This document shows positions 10,100 through 17,649 of a stretch of DNA of 64,000 nt, in pieces. The stretch lies in the NCBI GenBank assembly GCA_036960695.1, contig JBALXM010000002.1, positions 32,642 to 96,641 of the forward strand, written 5' to 3'. Positions within the stretch are counted from its first letter, which is position 1. The number at the start of each line of letters is the position of its first letter. Origin of the DNA: Sneathiella sp. (GTDB lineage Bacteria; Pseudomonadota; Alphaproteobacteria; Sneathiellales; Sneathiellaceae). Made by a program: the position numbers and the translations under genes. Under the pieces are notes generated by a model. The model made no database searches, was not told where the DNA came from, and saw only the letters and a list, made by a program, of their open reading frames with translations.

Positions 10100-10555
10100 A
10101 TGATGTTTAGGACGGTTTCGATATTAGCCAGTTTGGCTGTTTTTCTGTTCGCCGGTGCAGTTAATGCAGAGAGTAAAAAAGAAACGGTAGTCTCAATGAT
10201 GGCAAGTTCCATCAACCACTATAATAAAGTCGGTGCTGAGCAAGCCTTTAAAGATTTTGCTGTTAAAGGCGGCGAATTTAACAAGGGTGCAATCTATGTT
10301 TTTGTATCATCCTTGAAGGGTGAGGGCGTCATCTTTCACGGCGCAAACCCTAAATTAGTAGGCAAAAAACTTGGTAAATTGAAAGATATTGACGGCAAAT
10401 TGTTCGTTAAAGAGTCTCGTGACATTGCCAATGGTCCGGGCGAAGGCTGGGTTGACTACAAGTGGCCTCATCCTGAAACTAAAAAAATCACACAAAAGCA
10501 CACTCTTATTCACAAAGTCGGCGATACTTACTTTGCTATTGGTTATTTCGATTAA
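10100..10555 (+). CDS. Stand-alone secreted single-Cache (sCache_2-like) ligand-binding protein
   Basis: Signal peptide ending AVNA; YVFV...FHGANPKLVG..L..LKDIDGK.F...GWVDYKWPHP.TKKI..K pattern; AGGAG RBS; no TM segment or output domain. Confidence 0.85.
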   Translation: MMFRTVSILASLAVFLFAGAVNAESKKETVVSMMASSINHYNKVGAEQAFKDFAVKGGEFNKGAIYVFVSSLKGEGVIFHGANPKLVGKKLGKLKDIDGKLFVKESRDIANGPGEGWVDYKWPHPETKKITQKHTLIHKVGDTYFAIGYFD

Positions 10556-10570
10556 TTTTGAACACAATTG

Positions 10571-10604
10571 AATTCAACGTAGCCTTAATAAACTACGTTG
10601 AATT
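10571..10604. terminator. Hairpin between convergent Cache and tetR genes (probable bidirectional terminator)
   Basis: AATTCAACGTAG-N10-CTACGTTGAATT, a perfect 12-bp stem. Confidence 0.65.
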
Positions 10605-10646
10605 TGTTCATATTCTGATTTGATTAGGATTTATGGTTATCATTGA

Positions 10647-11276
10647 TCATAAATTTTGGGGTGTAATCGTGGATCTGAATTTAAGGGCAAAAGTATCAGC
10701 AAATTCCAATGCCATCTGTATGGCACTGGATGCAAGATTGTCAGCAGTTTCATGATTAACCCCCGTCGCTTTTAAATGCTCTGGTTCTGCAACCCGTGAG
10801 ATGACATCAACCACAGTTTCTAAATGTGGTGAGGCGCTTTTTCCTATTTCTGACATTTCTCGAATTGCGCGCCGAACGCATTGGCGAAGACTTCTTTGTG
10901 CAAGAGCATATCCTTCTGAAGTTAGGCATTCAGGGCGTAAGAGAATGGCCATATTTTCTTTTGAGAAAGCCCTGTTTCGGTCTAAATGATCCTTTAGGAC
11001 GACGCGGGCCTCATTCGGATTGCTGATTGCCCGGAGTTTCTCACGACTTTCATCATAAAGCGTTTCATAGCCACTGCTGAGGAATGAAAATGCTAACGAC
11101 CCAACATCGGGAAAATGTCGATAGACTGTGCCGCGACCCAAGCCAGAGAGTTTCACAATCTCTGACATAGTCGGAAGAGTAATTGCATCCCTCCGCGTCG
11201 CTTCATGGAAAGCGTCCATAATCTGCTGACGGTTTTGAACGGCGTCACTTCGGGTCATTCGATTATCCTCCATCAT
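10647..11276 (-). CDS. TetR/AcrR-family transcriptional regulator
   Basis: RSDAVQNRQQI...TMSEIVKLSGLGRGTVYRHFPD helix-turn-helix. Confidence 0.88.
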   Translation of the reverse strand: MMEDNRMTRSDAVQNRQQIMDAFHEATRRDAITLPTMSEIVKLSGLGRGTVYRHFPDVGSLAFSFLSSGYETLYDESREKLRAISNPNEARVVLKDHLDRNRAFSKENMAILLRPECLTSEGYALAQRSLRQCVRRAIREMSEIGKSASPHLETVVDVISRVAEPEHLKATGVNHETADNLASSAIQMALEFADTFALKFRSTITPQNL

Positions 11277-11301
11277 GCAAGAATGTATACGACATTTAAC
11301 T

Positions 11302-11341
11302 GGACAAGTGTCCGCTTATGGTATTATATGGACAAATGTCC
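11302..11341. promoter_or_regulatory. Two GGACA-N2-TGTCC palindromes, candidate TetR operators
   Basis: GGACAAGTGTCC at 11302-11313 and GGACAAATGTCC at 11330-11341, between the divergent tetR and nitronate monooxygenase genes. Confidence 0.7.
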
Positions 11342-11399
11342 GTTTAAGGAACCCCTTATTTTATTCATTGGTTATGCACCAATTTAGAGGAGAAAATAC

Positions 11400-12365
11400 G
11401 TGTCTTTGCCTTCCATCTTACAGAACAGGCTCTCTGTTCCCGTTATAGGGTCCCCGCTTTTCATTATCTCCAACCCTGATTTGGTGATTGCACAATGTAA
11501 GGCCGGTGTTGTGGGTTCATTCCCGTCCTTGAACGCGCGTCCTATTGCGGTTTTAGAAGAATGGCTCATCAAAATTACGGAAGAGCTAGATGCGTATAAT
11601 CTTGAAAATCCAGACAATCCAGCGGCACCCTTCGCAGTCAATCAGATTGTTCATAAATCTAATGACCGCTTGATGGAAGATGTTGCGCTTTGCGTAAAAT
11701 ATAAAGTTCCTATTATTATTACATCACTGGGCGCACGGGAAGAAGTGAACGAGGCGATCCATTCATATGGCGGGATCGTTATCCATGATGTGATCAATAA
11801 CTTCTTTGCCAAAAAGGCGATTGAGAAGGGTGCCGACGGCATCATTGCGGTGGCTAATGGTGCGGGTGGGCATGCAAGTACCTTGTCTCCATTTGCCCTT
11901 ATTCAAGAAATTAGGGAATGGTTCGACGGATTTCTACTTCTCGGTGGCTCAATCGCGACTGGCGATGCTGTTCTTGGCGCGCAGGCTATGGGGGCGGATC
12001 TGGCCTATATTGGTTCTGCTTTTATCGCAACAAAAGAAGCGAACGCTGTAGAGGGTTACAAGCAATGTATTGTGGATAATGGTGCGGAAGACATTGTCTA
12101 CACCAACCTGTTTACAGGTATTCATGGTAACTATTTGAAGCCATCTATCGAAAATGCAGGCATGGATCCAGATAACTTGCCTGAAAGTGATCCAAGCAAA
12201 ATGAACTTTGGCTCCGGTGGCGATATGGATAAAAAAGCATGGCGTGATATTTGGGGCTGCGGCCAGGGAATTGGTGCTGTCAAAGAAATTCCGTCGGCAG
12301 GTGATATGGTCGCGCGCTTAGTAAGCGAATATAAAGCCGCGAAAGATCGCGTTAATAACGCATAA
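11400..12365 (+). CDS. Nitronate monooxygenase / NAD(P)H-dependent flavin oxidoreductase family protein
   Basis: PVIGSPLFIIS, PFAVNQIVH.SN.RL, GAGGHA, GADLAYIGSAFIAT.EA. GTG start after GAGGAG. Confidence 0.88.
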   Translation: MSLPSILQNRLSVPVIGSPLFIISNPDLVIAQCKAGVVGSFPSLNARPIAVLEEWLIKITEELDAYNLENPDNPAAPFAVNQIVHKSNDRLMEDVALCVKYKVPIIITSLGAREEVNEAIHSYGGIVIHDVINNFFAKKAIEKGADGIIAVANGAGGHASTLSPFALIQEIREWFDGFLLLGGSIATGDAVLGAQAMGADLAYIGSAFIATKEANAVEGYKQCIVDNGAEDIVYTNLFTGIHGNYLKPSIENAGMDPDNLPESDPSKMNFGSGGDMDKKAWRDIWGCGQGIGAVKEIPSAGDMVARLVSEYKAAKDRVNNA

Positions 12366-12386
12366 CTGACTGCGTTTCGAGTATTG

Positions 12387-12417
12387 AAACCGGATCCAAT
12401 AGGGTCCGGTTTTTTTT
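12387..12417 (+). terminator. Rho-independent terminator
   Basis: AAACCGGATCC-AATA-GGGTCCGGTTT followed by a T-tract. Confidence 0.85.
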
Positions 12418-12438
12418 ATGGGAAAGGCCCCTAAATTA

Positions 12439-12831
12439 CTAGGATTTGATGTCCAGTAAAGTCGCTTGCATTTCATCCCAAGCCATCAATGACTTAATAT
12501 TTGCTTCATAAGACCGCTGGGCAAGCTTGTTGTTTACCAGCTCCGTCGCTATATCCACATTCGGTGTTTCAACGAACCCTTCTTCAGAAGCTAAGGGATT
12601 GTTTGGCTGATAAGTCAGGGAGGAGAAGGGTTGGCGGTCTTGAACCTTTACTTCTGGCTGGTTTGAAGGTCCAGAAACTTGAACGGCATCTAGTGCGTGA
12701 TACGCTGAAGTGCTCCCCGTTGCACCTGGAGTGCCAACCGTTTGAGAATTAGCAATATTGCTTGCACCAACAGCCACTGTTGTTGTGGCGGCGCGCATTC
12801 CAGCAAGTGCTGATCCTACAATCGATGACAT
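12439..12831 (-). CDS. FlgC-like flagellar basal-body rod domain protein (paralogue)
   Basis: SNIANSQT N-terminal motif and YQPNNPLASEEGFVETPNVDIATELVN..AQRSYEANIK C-terminal rod motif. Confidence 0.8.
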   Translation of the reverse strand: MSSIVGSALAGMRAATTTVAVGASNIANSQTVGTPGATGSTSAYHALDAVQVSGPSNQPEVKVQDRQPFSSLTYQPNNPLASEEGFVETPNVDIATELVNNKLAQRSYEANIKSLMAWDEMQATLLDIKS

Positions 12832-12912
12832 CCTAAATTCCAATTCAATAAAATTTTAAACAAACTTTATACGAAAATACAATTTCAATTACACACCTTT
12901 TAAGGGAAAATC

Positions 12913-12928
12913 GTTAACAAACCGTTAA
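12913..12928 (-). promoter_or_regulatory. CtrA-binding site upstream of the flgC-like gene
   Basis: The minus strand reads TTAA-CGGTTTG-TTAAC, an exact TTAA-N7-TTAAC consensus ~80 bp upstream of the start. Confidence 0.7.
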
Positions 12929-12970
12929 TTTCTACTTTACCATCAAGCGGCAACCTTCGTTATTGCAGAT

Positions 12971-12991
12971 AAAAACAGCCCCGAAGGGCTG
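12971..12991 (-). terminator. Rho-independent terminator ending the fliP/EndoU/YacL-like/VPLPA transcript
   Basis: The minus strand reads CAGCCC-TTCG-GGGCTG-TTTTT, 30 bp after the stop at 13022. Confidence 0.8.
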
Positions 12992-13021
12992 CCTAATTTT
13001 TTGGATTTCAGGTTTGTTTGA

Positions 13022-13357
13022 TTATGCAGTCGCTGACGTCTTGCGTTTTTTGCGCCATCCGACAAAACCAATAACAACAAGACCAGCACCGTATAACGGC
13101 AGGTCAGCTGGAAGAGGAACGACAGATACTTCGTAGCTTATTGACTGTAGACCGATACTTTTACCTAGCATAGCCGACAAGTTAAAACTTTCGATTGCTG
13201 TACCTCCAAACAAGGCTGAAACATCAAAGACACCATGATGCGACGGCATCGCAGTTCCCAAAACGGAATAATCAACCGTCACGGCAGAGGCCAGAGAGGG
13301 GAGACTTGGATGGAAATTGATTTTCGTTTCTAATTTTGATCCATGAGTGAGAGCCAT
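13022..13357 (-). pseudogene. VPLPA-CTERM (PEP-CTERM-type) sorting-domain ORF lacking a usable signal peptide; probable remnant or mini-protein
   Basis: C-terminus VVPLPADLPLYGAGLVVIGFVGWRKKRK (VPLPA, TM, basic tail). The N-terminus has no hydrophobic core. Confidence 0.6.
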
Positions 13358-13665
13358 TGTTTTAGGGTTTTTATGAGAAAGGCCTTGTCGTGGGAAAATA
13401 TTTCTGTCTCGTCGAAGAGATTTTCGACTGTAAAATTATCTTTTATAATCAATATATTATAAAGGTTTCCTGATAATTCAGATTGGCTATTTTTAGTCTC
13501 CATACACATGTTTAATAAGTGTTTGGCTAAGGCCGTATCTTCTTGAATTTCAGTTTCAAAAAATGCCTTTAGTATCTCTCCCTCTTCGTCGCATTGAATG
13601 TGAGGGGCGGTGCTGCTAACGGGTTTTGAGAGCTTAAACAGCATCTGATTACTCGTTTTTTGCAT
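13330..13665 (-). CDS. Small acidic protein, YacL/UPF0231-like; candidate inhibitor of the adjacent nuclease
   Basis: GEILKAFFETEIQEDTALA and ELSGNLYNILI..FTVEN resemble E. coli YacL segments as I recall them. Asp/Glu-rich. Start is 13665 (overlapping the upstream stop) or 13644. Confidence 0.5.
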   Translation of the reverse strand: MQKTSNQMLFKLSKPVSSTAPHIQCDEEGEILKAFFETEIQEDTALAKHLLNMCMETKNSQSELSGNLYNILIIKDNFTVENLFDETEIFSHDKAFLIKTLKQWLSLMDQN

Positions 13666-14158
13666 AGATAGGATAGGCCGTTATGATCCGCCCATCCTTT
13701 AATTGGTAGCCTTCCACCATAAAGCCAAATCCAGACGGGCCTCTCCATTTTCTCCCCGATTTGAGGGTGTTATTTTTATAGGCGTTCAGGATGGCTTTTA
13801 GAACTTGCAGCTTGCCAAAGCGGTCAGGAAACAGACTGGAGAATTTCTCTTTCCATATATTCTGGCTTTTATCGAGGATGCGTACAAGGGCTGTATAAAT
13901 ACCAACCTTGTTCGGGCCAGCCAGAAGTTTGGAGAGTTTCGCCGCGGGTTTGTCTTGACCCATAACGCGGTGGTGAAAGCCTGTGGGTTTTCCGTTGCGA
14001 TTTATCTGGCCGTCAAAAACGTGTGTTAGATTGACGGCTGGTGTTGTTTTTGACCAGCCATCACCATAACTCGATGCTTCAAAAGCGAGGAGAGGTGTTG
14101 CAGTAAAGGCATAAAGTAGGAAGAGGGAGAGGAGGGTTGCTTTAATGCATACCCTCAT
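13649..14158 (-). CDS. Secreted bacterial EndoU-family ribonuclease (stand-alone)
   Basis: Sec signal MRVCIKATLLSLFLLYAFTATPLLA, then HVFDGQIN..GKPTGFHH, KFSSLFP, W.G...F.VEGY, ITAYP. The ATG at 14158 overlaps the fliP stop (ATGA). Confidence 0.8.
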   Translation of the reverse strand: MRVCIKATLLSLFLLYAFTATPLLAFEASSYGDGWSKTTPAVNLTHVFDGQINRNGKPTGFHHRVMGQDKPAAKLSKLLAGPNKVGIYTALVRILDKSQNIWKEKFSSLFPDRFGKLQVLKAILNAYKNNTLKSGRKWRGPSGFGFMVEGYQLKDGRIITAYPIYAKNE

Positions 14159-14949
14159 GTTGGCCCAACGCCGCTGATAAAACTCTGCACCAAGCTGCGC
14201 GCCACCAAATTCCAACCATCCACCAAAACAAAGAAAATCAGCTTAAAGGGCAGGGCAATCATAACCGGCGGCAACATCATCATACCCATGGACATCAGGA
14301 TCGATGCCACGACCATATCAATGACAAGAAAGGGTATGAAAAGTAGGAAGCCGATTTCAAAAGCGCGTTTTAATTCGCTGATCATGAAGGAGGGAATTAA
14401 AACCTTTAGCGGAACTTCTTCTGGTGTTTCAACAATTTCCGTTTGGCTTAAATCCATGAACAACAAAATATCTTTCTCGCGAGCATGCTTTAACATGAAG
14501 TTCCGAAAAGGAATGGCTGTACGCTCAAACGCTGTTTCCTCGTCAATCTCTTCATTGATAAGGGGCAGGATGCCAGTCTGATAAGCGGCCTCGAATGTCG
14601 GGGCCATAATATAGCTGGTTAAAAACAAGGCTAGGGAGATGATAACAACATTTGGCGGTGTCGTTTGAATGCCGATAGCACTTCGGAGTAGGGATAAAAC
14701 CACAATCAACCGGGTAAAAGACGTGGTTACAATTAGAATGGCAGGCGCCAAACTTAACACCGTCATCAAAACAACAATTTGAACAATACGGCCTGTTAAT
14801 GGGCCAGCTTCTTCCCCAAGATCCAAGGAGAGTGACTGTGCGACGACGTCAGCGGGCATGAACCAAACGGCCAGCCCGAGTAATATTGTGAATACAATCC
14901 CTAAATTCTTGCGGAGAAGAGGGATGACTTTGCGCAGAGTGCTATTCAT
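14155..14949 (-). CDS. fliP: Flagellar type III secretion pore protein FliP
   Basis: TSFTRLIVVLSLLRSAIG.Q.TPPN, PSFMISELKRAFEIGF, MGMMMLPP, PFKLIFFVLVDGW. Confidence 0.97.
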   Translation of the reverse strand: MNSTLRKVIPLLRKNLGIVFTILLGLAVWFMPADVVAQSLSLDLGEEAGPLTGRIVQIVVLMTVLSLAPAILIVTTSFTRLIVVLSLLRSAIGIQTTPPNVVIISLALFLTSYIMAPTFEAAYQTGILPLINEEIDEETAFERTAIPFRNFMLKHAREKDILLFMDLSQTEIVETPEEVPLKVLIPSFMISELKRAFEIGFLLFIPFLVIDMVVASILMSMGMMMLPPVMIALPFKLIFFVLVDGWNLVARSLVQSFISGVGPT

Positions 14950-15326
14950 TGACTTGTCTCTGATTTCTTAAACGGAGAGGGCATTGTTGGGTATTTGGGA
15001 GCGGTCTCATCCGCCACCTCCGGTTCCTTGTCAGTTTCTTCGGTATTCGATGGTTTTCTTTTGACTGGAATGTTGCTCTCAATCAGTAAATCCCTGTCGG
15101 TTCCAAGCAAAACTAGATGTTCCTGATCATCCCGGCGGATAAGAACAAGTCTTCGCTTGGCATCTACGGATAAAACGCTTGTGACACCAAGGCGTTTCTT
15201 ATCGGAGCGCCGGTTGTCGGCATTAGCAACCATGCCAAATTTGCGCGCGGCCACCGTTATCAATCCGATTAACCCCAGAACAAAGAGAAGCCCTAGAATA
15301 TATTTCAGATAAGGATAAAATTCCAT
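14946..15326 (-). CDS. fliO: Flagellar biosynthesis protein FliO
   Basis: N-terminal TM, then RLGVTSVLSVDAKRRLVLIRRDDQEHLVLLG. ATGA overlap with fliP. Confidence 0.85.
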   Translation of the reverse strand: MEFYPYLKYILGLLFVLGLIGLITVAARKFGMVANADNRRSDKKRLGVTSVLSVDAKRRLVLIRRDDQEHLVLLGTDRDLLIESNIPVKRKPSNTEETDKEPEVADETAPKYPTMPSPFKKSETSQ

Positions 15327-15404
15327 ATGTCTAACGTGTCCTACACTTTATGTACGCTGGCGTGTCGAGGATTGCACAGTATCGTTAAAGAATTGTTTTG
15401 AAAA

Positions 15405-15734
15405 CTATTCTTTCTTGTTTGAGTGAGGTTCCGCTGGCGATGACTGTCCGGAAGAGCCTTCATCCAAAATTGACACTTGATCGCTAATTTCATTATAGCG
15501 TTTTTGAATTTCCCCAGACATATCATCAAGAATGGCCAATATATCCTCTAAGGCGGTTGATAAAATCGACCGTCCCTCTTCGGGAGTATTTTGAACTTGA
15601 TTGTGTAAATCAAGCAGCCTGCCGGGAAGTTTGGATATATCGACGATATCCCCATTTTTTGTTTTAGCCAAATTGGATTGCATTTCCGCCTTGAGTTTTA
15701 AAACGGCTTCCAAAAGGTCAGGGTTAGGTGTCAT
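15405..15734 (-). CDS. Hypothetical alpha-helical protein in the flagellar operon
   Basis: ATG 15734 overlaps the end of the upstream gene. Amphipathic helical composition. Lies between the flhB-like gene and fliO. Confidence 0.55.
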   Translation of the reverse strand: MTPNPDLLEAVLKLKAEMQSNLAKTKNGDIVDISKLPGRLLDLHNQVQNTPEEGRSILSTALEDILAILDDMSGEIQKRYNEISDQVSILDEGSSGQSSPAEPHSNKKE

Positions 15735-16059
15735 TTGGGTTTCCGGTTTGTTCAAGTTCTGGCTTTGTCGTTGGGACATTTTGTACTCGGTAAAGATATG
15801 AAAGAATTTCTGAAACGGCGGCAAAGGCTTCAAGTGGGATGGGAGTGTCTACATCAACTTCTGACAAGATTTGCGCAAGATCCGCGTCTTCACGAACTTT
15901 AATTCCGTTTTCAAAGGCAATATTTAGTATTTGTTCAGCAAGATCACCGTGGCCCGTTGCTGTTACAACGGGTAACTTTTCGGATCCTTTTTCATGGGAA
16001 AGTGCAACCGCCACTGTTCTTGGCTTTTTAGATTCAGTATGATCAGTCTCGTCGGTCAT
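15724..16059 (-). CDS. Stand-alone FlhB C-terminal-like protein (EscU/YscU/HrcU family)
   Basis: AVAL....P.V.A.G.G.LAEQIL.IA.ENGI.VRED.DLAQIL...D..IP.E.F.AV.EIL matches the cleaved C-terminal part of FlhB. Confidence 0.88.
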   Translation of the reverse strand: MTDETDHTESKKPRTVAVALSHEKGSEKLPVVTATGHGDLAEQILNIAFENGIKVREDADLAQILSEVDVDTPIPLEAFAAVSEILSYLYRVQNVPTTKPELEQTGNPNDT

Positions 16060-16164
16060 GCTGGCTTATTGATCCTAAAATCTTATCCCCTACCAAAGAT
16101 TCCTAAAAGTTATAGGCACTGTTGTCAATCAATGGATACCTGCAGGACCGACATATGGGAGGTG

Positions 16165-17178
16165 TTAGGAGGTGGCAGACCCAACGATCAGTCTTGCTGT
16201 GGCACGAATATCCCGGACCTCAGCTTGATCAAGAAAGCCTCTCTCCATCATCTCCTTGTGGCATTCTGCCAGATTATAATGGGGGATGGAGGGGTATAGA
16301 TGATGCTCAATATGATAGTTGACGTTATGAGGGAAGAATAAAAACCGGATCCAAAAAGGCCCTGTATTTGTTCTTGAGGCGCGAACCGGACTTTTAAGGT
16401 CATCAACAGCACCATGTTCGCAAATGGCACGAAAGCGTAAAATCGGTTGAAGAAAAGTAATTAAGGGCAAGATCCATAGAACCAGGTATTCTAACAAATA
16501 CCCTGTGGAATATGCAGCGACGGGCGCTAATAAATGAAAAGCAATGATACTCCACCGATCTCTATTCGCGGCTTTTCTTAAAATGGGGGATGTATCATCC
16601 AGCGGTCTCAGTTTTTTGTTATCTCCCTCTATCAGTTCGGAATTTTCGGCAGGCGCGCCAAAGAAATAGGCGAATGTTTTAAACGCAGTTCCCCCCATAA
16701 GATCTTTGAGGAGTTTTTTTGCAAGATAGGTTCTGCCCCGTGGGTAGCCGCCGTGAAGCGGGACATCGGGGTCTTGCCGCCCATATAAATGATTGTGATG
16801 CAGACGATGCAGAATACGATAGCTACAAATAGATATCCCGACAGGGGATGCGATCAATCGTCCCACCAAATCATTAAGCCCGCGTGCTTTGAATAAACGG
16901 TAATGGGCCGCATCATGGGCAATCACAAAACAGGCTTGTTGCCGCGTTGCAATGAAGAGGAGGCAAGGGATCACAACCCATGGCGTCCAGAAATAAAGAG
17001 ACAGGCCAATCGCAAGCCCCGTTAGGCCAACAGTCTGGGCGATCGCAAGGGACGATTTGAAGGCGTTAATTCGAGTGAGTCTTTTAATAACATCAGGCGG
17101 TAGGTGCCTTGATCGTGTGACGCCTTCTCTAAATTCTTGGCCTGAGGACTGATCGGCTATTTTTTCGTTCTTTTCCAT
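16165..17178 (-). CDS. Membrane fatty-acid desaturase family protein
   Basis: Three His boxes: HDAAH, HRLHH, HIEHH(LYPSIP). Confidence 0.88.
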   Translation of the reverse strand: MEKNEKIADQSSGQEFREGVTRSRHLPPDVIKRLTRINAFKSSLAIAQTVGLTGLAIGLSLYFWTPWVVIPCLLFIATRQQACFVIAHDAAHYRLFKARGLNDLVGRLIASPVGISICSYRILHRLHHNHLYGRQDPDVPLHGGYPRGRTYLAKKLLKDLMGGTAFKTFAYFFGAPAENSELIEGDNKKLRPLDDTSPILRKAANRDRWSIIAFHLLAPVAAYSTGYLLEYLVLWILPLITFLQPILRFRAICEHGAVDDLKSPVRASRTNTGPFWIRFLFFPHNVNYHIEHHLYPSIPHYNLAECHKEMMERGFLDQAEVRDIRATARLIVGSATS

Positions 17179-17649
17179 TTGGGCGAGTCTCTCAAATTTT
17201 TGTTATTTTGAACCCTACCTCCAAATTCTAATGAACGAAACTATTTTCTACGAGTTGTTAGATTTTAGTTTATTAAAGTTGGCTAACGATCAAAAAAGAA
17301 GAAAACGGAGGACGTTCAAGAACTCTTTTCCGTTAAATATTCCCCTTTTGTGACCTACGATACTATGACATGAGTGTTTTATAATTTCTTTCTTGCATGT
17401 GTTGTCGTGAATGATTATGTTCCCGTTCGTTGAGATGAATATTTCTGTTTGACAGAATAGTGCATCCTCGAATTTAGGAATTCAAATGGAGCTTCACTCC
17501 ATTCAGACTAAAATTTATTAATTTTAATAAATAATCGCGATTGAACTTTCCTCGTATATGTCGAGTGAAAAAGGTTTTGGATCGCGTTTGAGCAATACAT
17601 CCTCTTTGCAATTTTTCGCAAAGGGTAGAAGAAAGGTTTTAAATAAATC

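Noticed and set aside
15724-16059. FlhB C-terminal-only gene as a novelty or pseudogene
   Set aside because: Stand-alone FlhB-C proteins are a known family in flagellated bacteria, and the ORF is intact.
17180-17649. Possible sRNA in the 470-bp intergenic region (hairpins at ~17442-17460 and ~17485-17503)
   Set aside because: Only short stems, no terminator T-tract and no family I recognise; an Rfam search or RNA-seq is needed.
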